A DNA stretch of 64,000 bases from Candidatus Thalassarchaeaceae archaeon (GTDB taxonomy: Archaea; Thermoplasmatota; Poseidoniia; Poseidoniales; Thalassarchaeaceae): contig JBJLBO010000001.1 of assembly GCA_045568115.1 (NCBI GenBank), positions 82,213-146,212 of the forward strand. Reading direction: 5' to 3'. The notes under the pieces are model-generated. The model was given only the letters and a program-made list of their open reading frames with translations, was not told the DNA's origin and did not search any database. The translations under genes were made by a program, and so were the position numbers. Below are positions 21,979 to 31,716 of this stretch, one piece after another (within the stretch, counting starts at the first letter, position 1; the number at the start of each line of letters is the position of its first letter).

Positions 21979-23247
21979 TCAAAGTGCTCGATGACCTATG
22001 TCAGAACGGTAGTGAGAACCCTCAAGTTCGATTTCATTCATTAGAGCATAAGAGCACTCTAAAGCCAAGTGTAAATTAGGAGCAATTGCTGTTGCTGCTA
22101 GCACCCTACCTCCAGTTGACAATAGGCTCCCATCATCTAGTAATTCAGCACCGGCGTAATGAACAAATCCTACAATATCTCCTTCCTCAATCCTTGATTT
22201 AGCACCTTTAATCTCGCGGCCAGTCTCAGAAGATGTAGGGTAACCTTCTGATGCTAGAACTACTGTAACTGCCGATTTATTGCTGAATTTTGGACTAATA
22301 CCTGAAAGATTACCTTCGGCCGTAGCCAGAAGTAACTCACCGAGATCATTCTCAATTAATGGAATAGTCACCTGTGTTTCAGGATCTCCAAAACGAACAT
22401 TATACTCAACAACGTTAGGTGCTCCATTTTCATCTATCATCAATCCAACATACAAAACTCCACGATACGGAATCTGCTGGTTTCGAAGGTAGTGGTGCAT
22501 AGGCTCAACAATCTCATCGATTGCTCTTTGACGGACGGCAGGAGTAACTACTGGAGCTGGAGCGTATGCTCCCATGCCGCCAGTGTTTGGACCAGTATCT
22601 CCTTCACCTACTCTTTTGTGATCTTGGCTCGCCGGCAAACAAAGATAGCCCGATTCATCCATTAGAACAAGCATTGAAGCCTCTTCACCAGAAAGAAATT
22701 CCTCGAGTAAAACAAAACCATCCGTTTTTATTGAGTTGGAAATGAACTCAGATGCTTCAACATCATCTGAAGTAACCACGACTCCTTTTCCTGCAGCTAA
22801 TACATCTCTCTTGATTACCCAAGGCGATTCAAAAGTCGCAAGAGCTTTTTTGATATCAGATTCTGCATCAAGAACTAGAACACCTCCAGTTGGAATTCCA
22901 AGATTCTGCATCACTCTCTTAGCGTGAAGTTTTGATCCCTCGAGTGCAGCCCCCTGACTGTGAGGCCCGAAACTTGGAATTCCAATATCTCGTAGATGAT
23001 CAGACAAACCTGCTACTAAAGGGGCCTCGGGTCCAATGACGACAAGGTCTGCACTAATTTCGGAAGCTAATTCTCCAACTGCTACAACGTCTGTAACACT
23101 CACATCGTGATTGATGCCGACTAAAGCAGTTCCAGCATTTCCAGGACAAGCATGCACATCTCCAACTGATTCACTTTCTACAAGACCTATGGCAAGAGCG
23201 TGTTCACGACCACCGCCTCCTACAATGAGTACAGTCATACCTGCCAT
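21979..23247 (-). CDS. purD: Phosphoribosylamine--glycine ligase
   Basis: VGGGGREHAL, GPEAPLVAG, LEGSK, QDHKR, GPNTGGMGAY, EYNVRFGDPE and GGRVL. Start could be 23259, 23247 or 23238. Confidence 0.96.
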   Translation of the reverse strand: MAGMTVLIVGGGGREHALAIGLVESESVGDVHACPGNAGTALVGINHDVSVTDVVAVGELASEISADLVVIGPEAPLVAGLSDHLRDIGIPSFGPHSQGAALEGSKLHAKRVMQNLGIPTGGVLVLDAESDIKKALATFESPWVIKRDVLAAGKGVVVTSDDVEASEFISNSIKTDGFVLLEEFLSGEEASMLVLMDESGYLCLPASQDHKRVGEGDTGPNTGGMGAYAPAPVVTPAVRQRAIDEIVEPMHHYLRNQQIPYRGVLYVGLMIDENGAPNVVEYNVRFGDPETQVTIPLIENDLGELLLATAEGNLSGISPKFSNKSAVTVVLASEGYPTSSETGREIKGAKSRIEEGDIVGFVHYAGAELLDDGSLLSTGGRVLAATAIAPNLHLALECSYALMNEIELEGSHYRSDIGHRAL

Positions 23248-23305
23248 GTTTGCCCGCATAGGTGCTAAGGAGATAATGAATTCCGAAAGAAAATCTCAAG
23301 AATAA

Positions 23306-23983
23306 TTAATATGGGACTGATTTCAAACCTAGTTTGTATCCTAAGATATTGAAAGACCGGTGGATAATTGGAGTGAGGACCAATATCGCGACTATAGGTG
23401 CCTTCAGACCATCATCCATTATGATTTCTTCACTGAATAATACTGCTGCTGCTGCGAAAATGAACAAGGCAAAAGGCATCGTATCCAATAGAGGTGCTTC
23501 TGAACTTTCATCACCTTCTCTCTTCAAGCCTCTCCTACGCTTGAAAAATGAACCAGTCATATCTCCCAACATACAAGCAAATCCTAATGTGAATCCTAAA
23601 ATGAATGCAGCGCCATATTCGCCGCCAATCCAATACCAATCGGAACTATTCGCATCAAAAAGAGGATCGATGAATGGACGGGCATCGGAATTAATCCGGC
23701 CTCTCCAAATCACATGAGCTAAAATCATTAGAAGACCTGAAAAAGTAGCTCCACCAAACAAACCCTCCCAAGATTTGCCATCCCCCAATAAGCGATAGCC
23801 ATCTGAATAATTACGCCCTCCATCGATCTTATGATTTACAAATTCAAATTTGTCAGGTAGCCATTTACCGAATAACATAGCACCAGTATTTGCTAGGTAG
23901 GCTGGACCATAAATCATTAGCACAGTAAGTACATTGAAGAAGAAACCTAGTGGTTCTGATGACTCAAAAAGTGTATCACTCAT
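23306..23983 (-). CDS. carS: CDP-archaeol synthase (CDP-2,3-bis-O-geranylgeranyl-sn-glycerol synthase)
   Basis: PAYLAN, IDGG..DG.RLLGDGKSWEG, LGDMTGSFFKRRRG, APLLD and C-terminal YKLGLKSVPY. Confidence 0.93.
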   Translation of the reverse strand: MSDTLFESSEPLGFFFNVLTVLMIYGPAYLANTGAMLFGKWLPDKFEFVNHKIDGGRNYSDGYRLLGDGKSWEGLFGGATFSGLLMILAHVIWRGRINSDARPFIDPLFDANSSDWYWIGGEYGAAFILGFTLGFACMLGDMTGSFFKRRRGLKREGDESSEAPLLDTMPFALFIFAAAAVLFSEEIIMDDGLKAPIVAILVLTPIIHRSFNILGYKLGLKSVPY

Positions 23984-24109
23984 GTTATCCCATAGGCAAC
24001 GAGAGACACATCAGCAATGAACTCTCTCTCAGAGATATATGTGAAAACAGGGAATAAATTAACCATGCCGCCGATTCGTTAATTTGGCACTTATTATTGT
24101 CGAATCATT

Positions 24110-25792
24110 ATGAGTAAGGGCCAATCCCTAACTATGACGATTATTCTGCTGTTTTCACTGATTATTGGTATTCCTCAAGTTGTAAATGCAGAAGACGGAG
24201 AAATCTTGATTGATTCTGCAGTAGAATGGGTTGACGATCAAACCTTCTCGGACAATTTACGGATTGTTAACGGAGGGTCATTAACAATTTCAAGTGCAGT
24301 AATTAGTATGGAAGATGATGCGAAGATTATCGTTGAAGAGGGGGGCGAATTGAATATAGATTCATCAGAAGTAAATGCACTTAACCCCCCAACGGAACTC
24401 AGAGGATACGGGTACTCAGATGAAGAAAATAGATCCGCGATTCTAATCCCCGGTTCAGATTACGATAGTGATTTTTCTGTTACTTTCCATGCACCAGAGG
24501 GCGAGTCATTTTACGGAGGACTTGCTTATATTGGCGTAAACGAGCAAGTTGACATAGATGGTTCAGAATTTACAATTGAATTCAACGATTCAACTAATGA
24601 TATTTGGATAGGCCTGATAGGGATTGGTAACAAACAAGTATGTGTTTCTTCAATAACAATTGCTCCAGATCTGGGAACTGAAATTACATACGATGCAGTA
24701 GAAATGCAATTTAGAAATATGATGGCTAAAGGGGATGCGGGATTTTCAATATCAATTAGTGGAAATTTAGATATCCAAGATTCAACAATATATGGCGGCG
24801 AAATAATTGTTGACGGCTCTGCCTTAATACATAATTCTAACATTGCATTTACCGGGCCTATAATTGCTGAATCAATAGATTCTAATGTATCAATAACGGG
24901 AACTACTGAATTCAGCATGAGTAAAGATGATCATGATGTCCGTTTACACGCAAAATCACAATTTCACTGGGGTGATGAAGCTACAGGGAGTGGGGGGCAT
25001 ACCGATAGATGGGAACGACGTGTTTCTAATCAGCAAGTTGAGTTTGATGCAATTAATGTATTATTTAGAGTAATAAACATGGGCCCTGATGAAGTGACAT
25101 CTCCAACATATATTAGTGATGAAAATGGAATTGGTAATATTAACTCAGGCAATGAAAGAGTTGTAGAGATTGGTTGGGCTGATGGCAGTGTTTGGACTGA
25201 GAATGCTGAAATTGAGATTGTAGAATATCGAACGGGATGGAATATGGACCTAGATTTAGATAATTATGGAGGAGTCTACATCCCATTATCTTGGGAACCA
25301 ATAATCGTTATTGATTCAAATATCCCTTACCTCGAATGGCTCACCTTAGAAATCAATAATACAGAAGAACAAGCAGCTCTTGACTTAGGTGTGCAAATGG
25401 CTGCAACTATTACAAATCAAGGGACTGCTTCTGCAGTATTTTTCCTCAGTTGTGAAATTACCGAAACCGGAGTTTCTACTAGTGTAACGCCAACATTTCC
25501 GGGAGGAGAAAAAATAGATCCAGGGACAGAAGTAACAATTTATTTTACATGGAGGCACAATACAGAGGGAGATGCAGGGATTACTTGCAATATACTCACC
25601 CCATCACAACTAGTAGATGACGATGCATTTGGCGGAGGCTCAGCTAGTTCTGCCTCGATAAATTGGTATCAACCAGATGACGATGAGGAGGGGTCAGCAA
25701 TTCCTATCCTAATTGCACTCTTAGTCGGTGCAGCCATCACAGGGTTTGCATCCTACAGAATGATGCAACGAACTAGTTCTGATGAAGAATAA
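24110..25792 (+). CDS. Secreted acidic protein, beta-rich, CARDB/Ig-like domain before a C-terminal TM anchor; function unknown
   Basis: 560-aa ORF with signal peptide, ATITNQGT CARDB-like motif and C-terminal hydrophobic helix. Confidence 0.7.
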   Translation: MSKGQSLTMTIILLFSLIIGIPQVVNAEDGEILIDSAVEWVDDQTFSDNLRIVNGGSLTISSAVISMEDDAKIIVEEGGELNIDSSEVNALNPPTELRGYGYSDEENRSAILIPGSDYDSDFSVTFHAPEGESFYGGLAYIGVNEQVDIDGSEFTIEFNDSTNDIWIGLIGIGNKQVCVSSITIAPDLGTEITYDAVEMQFRNMMAKGDAGFSISISGNLDIQDSTIYGGEIIVDGSALIHNSNIAFTGPIIAESIDSNVSITGTTEFSMSKDDHDVRLHAKSQFHWGDEATGSGGHTDRWERRVSNQQVEFDAINVLFRVINMGPDEVTSPTYISDENGIGNINSGNERVVEIGWADGSVWTENAEIEIVEYRTGWNMDLDLDNYGGVYIPLSWEPIIVIDSNIPYLEWLTLEINNTEEQAALDLGVQMAATITNQGTASAVFFLSCEITETGVSTSVTPTFPGGEKIDPGTEVTIYFTWRHNTEGDAGITCNILTPSQLVDDDAFGGGSASSASINWYQPDDDEEGSAIPILIALLVGAAITGFASYRMMQRTSSDEE

Positions 25793-25803
25793 TCTCAGAC
25801 CTA

Positions 25804-27021
25804 TCAACAAGAGTTGACTTGAGTCCAAGCCTCTTCGTTCGCAGGAGATGGATTGTCTGGATCATTTGATGCGCCTTCTTCAGAGTATTCATAGAATGTT
25901 GTTGCAGTGTGTGCAGTACTAACGTCCCATGGTATAGATTGAGTTACAGTCACAGTAAATTCATAGCACCCATAATCGCTTTCCACCCAATCATCCTTTG
26001 GGATGTAGAAAATATTGTTCTCAATGTCTTCAATAGACCCAGAAAGAACTAATTCGGATCCAAAGTCTCCTACCATAGCATAACCGGAGCCGTATTCACC
26101 GCTTTGGGAATCCCAAGAAGCCTCGCCGTTTACGACATTAACATGAGGAAACTCAATTGCATTAGAGCCATCCTTCGATAGAATAGCATCCAATTCAAAA
26201 TCTGCATGAGCTAGTGGCGCAGGAGGATTTCCTACTAATGTCTGTAAACCAATCCATGATTTTAGCCCTACACCGATAACACAATTGTCCTTGTTATTAT
26301 CACAGTCGTTCCCCTCGCCCATAATAGGGATAGTGCCACTCTTTACGTCAGTAACTGTTCGCTCAAGGTGAGTGGGATTCAAGATGAATGTGTCACTAGA
26401 ACTACCTGTGTCAATTATGATCTTGTATTGATTATTATCATCGGCATTACCATTATAGAAATCTACTATATTTAGTGTCAATAATCCATATTTTCCATAA
26501 CCATCTTCTCGATTAATTGAAAATGACATAGAAGTACTCCAAACCTCATCTCCATCGTATGTTACTGAAATGTCAGCATCACCAGATGAAGAGCCAAAGA
26601 GACCACCAGATTCACGAAGTGTTAGTTCAATCGTTTGAGCATCTGAAGACAATTCACTATCTGTAATTGTGATTGAACTAGATGTGACACTCATGGCCAA
26701 AAATGGAGAAGATAGGAGCAATATTAGAACTACTGCTATCGGTCCTGCGAATTTCTTACCTGTGGCATTAAAAATGAACCAGAATGAAACTCCTGCAAGA
26801 ATTATAGGGACAATCAGAATCAAGGCGAAATCACTCTGAATAGATGGATCTGAAAAAACCCACATCAGAATTACAGATAATAGGCCGGACACTAAACCAA
26901 TCTTCGAAGAGTTACCAAGATTAATGACTCCTGATTTTTCATCTGAAACACTTGTTGCAACAATCTCATCATTTGTCTCTTGAGCTTCCATTGCCTTCTG
27001 AAGTAGTCCACCATTGCTCAT
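25804..27021 (-). CDS. Hypothetical membrane protein (about 3 N-terminal TM helices, acidic extracellular domain)
   Basis: 405-aa ORF with three hydrophobic segments followed by a D/S/G-rich domain. Confidence 0.7.
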   Translation of the reverse strand: MSNGGLLQKAMEAQETNDEIVATSVSDEKSGVINLGNSSKIGLVSGLLSVILMWVFSDPSIQSDFALILIVPIILAGVSFWFIFNATGKKFAGPIAVVLILLLSSPFLAMSVTSSSITITDSELSSDAQTIELTLRESGGLFGSSSGDADISVTYDGDEVWSTSMSFSINREDGYGKYGLLTLNIVDFYNGNADDNNQYKIIIDTGSSSDTFILNPTHLERTVTDVKSGTIPIMGEGNDCDNNKDNCVIGVGLKSWIGLQTLVGNPPAPLAHADFELDAILSKDGSNAIEFPHVNVVNGEASWDSQSGEYGSGYAMVGDFGSELVLSGSIEDIENNIFYIPKDDWVESDYGCYEFTVTVTQSIPWDVSTAHTATTFYEYSEEGASNDPDNPSPANEEAWTQVNSC

Positions 27022-27115
27022 CTGTATAGCCTCTCTAGTAGCCTAGGCGTCGTCACACCTCGGTTATCAACCCGTTGCCAACATACGTTAACAATGATTC
27101 ATTGAATTGTAGTTG

Positions 27116-28054
27116 TCAGAAAATGCGAGAGTCTAATTCGACTAATTCTGATTCGTCATCAGATTCCCTAGAGGTGCGCCCAGCAAATGCAGCAGCGGCC
27201 AATGCGGTCATCATCATAGTTCCAATTAATTCAAACCCAGGCAGATAAACACCCCTAATGTATACAGTCATTGTTTGAATTTGGTAATTTGGGATACCTT
27301 CAGTTCTAACCGAATACTCTGAAGTGGCCTTAAATTGTAAAGAGAAATATTTGTCAGTCCAACCTTGATTTTTCGGAGTTCTCATTTGAACTCTTATCTT
27401 TTCAGGGGGAGCCATGGATTCAATTTCAACACTAACTAATGGGATACTGAGTTGGAACCCTTCATCGTTTAGTTCGTCATAATTTTGAACCTCGATATTG
27501 AATCGATCCATGGCGTTTCCATCATTGTATACATCAAAAATCAAATTATAATCAACCTTTGGTCTCAATTGCAAAAACGCAACTTCTGAAGCAACTCTCA
27601 ATCGACTAAACTGACGAATAATTGCCATGATGTTGTAAGAAGTTGGATCACTCGTTACAGGTATCCCATTCGCCATTGTCACTTCCGCAGAGATACTTAC
27701 TTGGTGCTGTCCTTCAGGGGCTCTCAATTCAGCACGTATACTGACTTGGAATGCAACCTCTGAACCACTACCTACAGTTAATGAGGCAGGGCCAGATACT
27801 GCAAGAACTCCGGCTTGAATGGTAATCCTTACCTTCTCTTGATGGACAGTTGGATTTTCAACTCTACAATTAATGATAGATGAACGGGTTGCTCCAGGAT
27901 AAACATCAATTGGTTGAGGTTGATCACATGATAAACTGACGTCAGGAACTGGACCAGTCTGAGCCTGTACTGCTGCTACTCCTGCCCATGTACTCAAGAA
28001 GTAAACTGCCAGCATCATCAGGGCAGGTCGAACAGAACGTGCGGCACTCATCAC
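27116..28054 (-). CDS. Secreted Ig-like surface protein with PGF-CTERM-like anchor
   Basis: Signal peptide ending VQA; two beta-sandwich units; YLPGF followed by a TM helix. Confidence 0.75.
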   Translation of the reverse strand: MMSAARSVRPALMMLAVYFLSTWAGVAAVQAQTGPVPDVSLSCDQPQPIDVYPGATRSSIINCRVENPTVHQEKVRITIQAGVLAVSGPASLTVGSGSEVAFQVSIRAELRAPEGQHQVSISAEVTMANGIPVTSDPTSYNIMAIIRQFSRLRVASEVAFLQLRPKVDYNLIFDVYNDGNAMDRFNIEVQNYDELNDEGFQLSIPLVSVEIESMAPPEKIRVQMRTPKNQGWTDKYFSLQFKATSEYSVRTEGIPNYQIQTMTVYIRGVYLPGFELIGTMMMTALAAAAFAGRTSRESDDESELVELDSRIF

Positions 28055-28168
28055 AGTAAGGCCGACTCAGGCCGTATTTGAGTATTAGCCTGAAAGGCTT
28101 CGATAAGTTGCTGGATTCGTTAGTTTACGGAATAATGCAATTCTCTAACTAAAGTAAGTATATTTCAC

Positions 28169-28176
28169 AAAAAAAA
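28169..28176 (-). terminator. Oligo-T terminator candidate downstream of tRNA-Ile2
   Basis: T8 run on the minus strand about 18 nt after the tRNA CCA end, inside a weak ATATTTC/GAAATAT inverted repeat. Confidence 0.45.
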
Positions 28177-28193
28177 GCGAAATATGTGAATTT

Positions 28194-28270
28194 TGGTGGA
28201 CCCGACCGGATTTGAACCGATGGCCACTCGGTTATGAGCCGAGCGCTCTAACCAACTGAGCTACGGGTCC
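28194..28270 (-). tRNA. tRNA-Ile2 (anticodon CAT, agmatidine type); tRNA-Met less likely
   Basis: GGACCCGTAGCTCAGTTGGTTAGAGCG CTCGG-CTCATAA-CCGAG TGGCC ATCGGTTCAAATCCGGT CGGGTCC ACCA. The acceptor and anticodon stems resemble archaeal Ile2; CCA is encoded; no intron. Confidence 0.9.
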
Positions 28271-28402
28271 TGATGATGTCTCGAAGGTGATTGAGGGATG
28301 AACCTTGTTCTCAAGGAAGGTGAAATGTATCAGCGGCTTTGCTACATTTTCGGGGGTTGGCTTCAGTGAATGTTCAAGGGTAGGTTAACTATCGCGTAAC
28401 AC

Positions 28403-29971
28403 ATGGCGAAGCTTTGGGTAATGTTCTTCACTTCTCTACTACTTGTTTCAACAATGAATTTCTATGCTGTTATTCGCGAACCCGATATGATTGAGATCGA
28501 TGAGATTCATGAATACCCAAGAGAAACTGTCAAGGTTTTAGGAGTACTAACTAGTTTCGTTGTTGACCCGTATGGTGAACAATCAGATAGGATTGATTTA
28601 CAAATCCGCGAAGTTGATGGACATTCAATGGCAGAAGTACGATGGTATGTTGATAGAGACATTGACGTGCCGCCAATAGGAACAATTGTTACAGTTGAAG
28701 GAGAAGTAACTGAGTGGAATGGGAGAATTTGGTTATCGTCCAACGGGTATGGGGCAATTCATTGTGCAGACTCAAAATGTGATGGTGTTGAATATACTGC
28801 AGTTCAAATTGTGGAAGTCGCAATGAACCCTGCAGATTATGCAAATATGTCGGTTAGAGTTGATGGGTTCCTAAGTGAAGCTCTAGAGCCTGATGTGACT
28901 TACCACTCATTGAGCCTGATGGATAATCCATCCTATGGCAACGCCGACCATTTACTGTATATGCAAATTGAAGGACGTGTGATGGAGTGGGTAGAAGCGG
29001 GAAGTCATGTAGAAATTTCTGGTTGGCTACAATATGACCAGCGATCTCTACGCTGGCGCCTTTTGGTTCAAGCTACTGCTATCGAAGTTCTTAATCAAGG
29101 GTCAACCGTTGATTTGTCTTGGGAATTAGAGCCATACTCTCTATCATATGAAGTAGGGAAATTAGTTGCAATCGAAGGTGATGTGACTAAACATAATGAT
29201 GGTTGGTGGTTATTAGGCCCCTCTCCAAATGATGTGCTTTGCTTTTTACCCTCTCCTGAAGACCTCGGAGATGACATAGAAGGAGTCAACAAAGTTTGGA
29301 CTGGGAGGCTAATGTGGTCAACTGATGAAGCCATAATTTGTCTTGATAGAGGGTTCAATGCTTCGGCCATAACACCAGTAGTTGAAGAAGGGGAAGCATC
29401 GCTTCTTGATGTCGCCCAATCACCTTTTGATCACATCAATATCCATTGCATCGATGGATGTACATTTAGTGGCTGGGTCACTGACCCTATTTCTCCTGAC
29501 TATGACAAGGGTTATGTCGGCGATGGGCCCGATTATTATTCACGCTCAACAAAACTCAGATTCCAATTGATTGGAGAACACGCTGAGTGGATTGAAGGCG
29601 GACAAGAAATTCTATTCAACGCTACAATCACTTGGTCTGAAAGTGAGGGAAGAGTCATCCTAGAAGCACGAACTTGGACTCTAGTAGGAGATGCGCCGGA
29701 ACCTAACCGTCTTAATTGGGGTGATGGTTACAACTCATGGAAATGGGATATAGGGAAGTTGGTTGTGATTAATGGAGAAGCAGCGATGGACGAGGATGGA
29801 AATCAGTGGATTGAGCGTTCGGGTTCAGATGAGCATTTGTGCCTTCTAGGAGATGGCACTGAGGCCAGCCAACAACAATCGATTGGAGAACCTATTGACT
29901 GGACTGGAAGACTTTCGACAGCAGAAGAAAGTGTTGGAAATACAATGCAATTCTGCTTAGATATTCGTTGA
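28403..29971 (+). CDS. Membrane-anchored protein with several tandem OB-fold-like domains
   Basis: N-terminal hydrophobic helix; repeated units such as ETVKVLGVL..GTIVTVEGEV.EWNG, SVRVDGFL..GSHVEISGWL and GKLVAIEGDV / GKLVVINGEA (internal duplication). Confidence 0.7.
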   Translation: MAKLWVMFFTSLLLVSTMNFYAVIREPDMIEIDEIHEYPRETVKVLGVLTSFVVDPYGEQSDRIDLQIREVDGHSMAEVRWYVDRDIDVPPIGTIVTVEGEVTEWNGRIWLSSNGYGAIHCADSKCDGVEYTAVQIVEVAMNPADYANMSVRVDGFLSEALEPDVTYHSLSLMDNPSYGNADHLLYMQIEGRVMEWVEAGSHVEISGWLQYDQRSLRWRLLVQATAIEVLNQGSTVDLSWELEPYSLSYEVGKLVAIEGDVTKHNDGWWLLGPSPNDVLCFLPSPEDLGDDIEGVNKVWTGRLMWSTDEAIICLDRGFNASAITPVVEEGEASLLDVAQSPFDHINIHCIDGCTFSGWVTDPISPDYDKGYVGDGPDYYSRSTKLRFQLIGEHAEWIEGGQEILFNATITWSESEGRVILEARTWTLVGDAPEPNRLNWGDGYNSWKWDIGKLVVINGEAAMDEDGNQWIERSGSDEHLCLLGDGTEASQQQSIGEPIDWTGRLSTAEESVGNTMQFCLDIR

Positions 29972-29980
29972 GGTGATTCT

Positions 29981-31636
29981 GTGGACCCCTGGTTATTGGA
30001 CTTCGCTTGGCTCATCGCTTCGTTCATCTTCGGGATTTTTCTTGGCTGTCTAACTGGTTTGATTCCTGGATTCCACGTTAACAATGTTGCATTGATTGCT
30101 CTTTCACTCTCACCTGTCGCAGTAGGGATTGGGATTCCACTGGATGCCGTTGCAGGGATTATCGTAGCCTGTGGAACTGTACACACTTTCCTGAATTATA
30201 TCCCAAGCGCCTTGGTCGGTGCACCTGATGACAACATGGCTCTTGCTTTACTGCCAGGGCATAGAATGTTGATTTCAGGTCAAGCCGCGCAGGGTGTTGC
30301 TTATTCGGCACGTGGCTCACAAATGGGAATGCTGATGTCAATTCCTCTTCTAATAGTAGCTCGACTACTTTTCGGAGACAATCCAGGGCTAGGATTGTAT
30401 GAGGCTAGTCGAGACCAATTGCCTTGGCTTTTACTATTCATCTCAGTCTTCCTTATTCTAACCGAAACCACACGGCTACCTTGGCCTGAATGGTCTCAAA
30501 AGATAACTCAAAAACTAAATTTCCCTCTCAAAAAGAGAATCGAATTCAATATTCCTCTCGGCAAATTTAGCATCCGTAGGCGCTATGATTCCATTGACTT
30601 ACGCCTCGGTGCAAGCTCTAGAACCGCAGGTATTCTAGTTGCTACCTCTTATTTCCTATTAACCGGATTTTATGGCTGGGCTGTATTCGAATTGCCCGCC
30701 CGCTCACCTGTTGGAATTCCCTCAGCATCCTTACTGTTCCCAAGCCTTGCAGGTCTATTCGGTATTGCTAATCTTATTGACATATATGTTACAACTAGTG
30801 AGATTCCACCTCAAGAAAACAATTGGGATATGCCGCCTTGGAAACCACTTGCAGTACCTACTTTCCTTTCAGCGGTTGTTTCCTCGGTAATGGCTATCCT
30901 TCCTGGAATGACGGCCGCTCAGGCCACCGTAGTGGTGATGAGTGCGCGAAACTTTTGGGGCAAACTAACAGACCCAAATTACATCCCAGCTGATTTTGAA
31001 CATGGAACTCAACCTGGCTTTGAGAACATGCCTCAAATGATTGCTTTCGAAGGCATGGATGAACTAGAAACTGAAGAACGTCAACTATTCCAAGAGGCCC
31101 TTGCAGAAGCAGGTGCAAGCCCTGATCTCGATCTCGTAAACAATAACCAACAGAGGGACCTAGAAATAATTGCAATTCTCTCATCAGTCAACACAGCAGT
31201 CACAGTAATGGTTCTAGGTTTCCTATACATGGTAGGAAGGCCGCGTTCGGGTGCCGCTCTAGCTCTCAATATGATGTACCCCATAGACATCTGGAATGCT
31301 GTAGAACCTCCAGCCGATTTCATCCGATTATTAGCGATTACAGTGGCCGCTGGATTATTCGCAGTACCTGTAATGATAGAGGTTGGAAAAGGTATGCTGA
31401 AAGTGCACGAACTAGTTCCATTAAGGACACTGGTTCTCTCTGTGTGTATTTTTATCACGATTCTTGTTTACATCTCAACCGATTGGATTGGAGTCGGTAC
31501 ACTTGTGATTGGTACAATGATTGGTTTGATGGCTCCAAGAATTGGGATTAGGCGCTCTCATGGGATGGGCGTGATTCTAGTTCCAATCATGATATACACG
31601 TTTGCGCGTGAATTAGACGCCTTTGGATTTGCCTGA
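29981..31636 (+). CDS. Tripartite tricarboxylate transporter TctA-family permease (archaeal type)
   Basis: GCLTGLIPGFHVN, IPSALVGAPD and LLPGHRMLISGQA motifs; many TM helices; GAGGTGA RBS upstream of the GTG. Confidence 0.88.
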   Translation: MDPWLLDFAWLIASFIFGIFLGCLTGLIPGFHVNNVALIALSLSPVAVGIGIPLDAVAGIIVACGTVHTFLNYIPSALVGAPDDNMALALLPGHRMLISGQAAQGVAYSARGSQMGMLMSIPLLIVARLLFGDNPGLGLYEASRDQLPWLLLFISVFLILTETTRLPWPEWSQKITQKLNFPLKKRIEFNIPLGKFSIRRRYDSIDLRLGASSRTAGILVATSYFLLTGFYGWAVFELPARSPVGIPSASLLFPSLAGLFGIANLIDIYVTTSEIPPQENNWDMPPWKPLAVPTFLSAVVSSVMAILPGMTAAQATVVVMSARNFWGKLTDPNYIPADFEHGTQPGFENMPQMIAFEGMDELETEERQLFQEALAEAGASPDLDLVNNNQQRDLEIIAILSSVNTAVTVMVLGFLYMVGRPRSGAALALNMMYPIDIWNAVEPPADFIRLLAITVAAGLFAVPVMIEVGKGMLKVHELVPLRTLVLSVCIFITILVYISTDWIGVGTLVIGTMIGLMAPRIGIRRSHGMGVILVPIMIYTFARELDAFGFA

Positions 31637-31716
31637 AAAAAAAGCGTTGAAAATCACTTCGCACGGATAGAATCTCTTATCTCTCATACACGTGCGTGCA
31701 ACGCTGAGTGATAACT

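Noticed and set aside
21639..22079. 146-aa plus-strand ORF bridging aglB and purD, and similar short antisense ORFs across the window
   Set aside because: They overlap well-supported genes on the opposite strand and show no family motifs.
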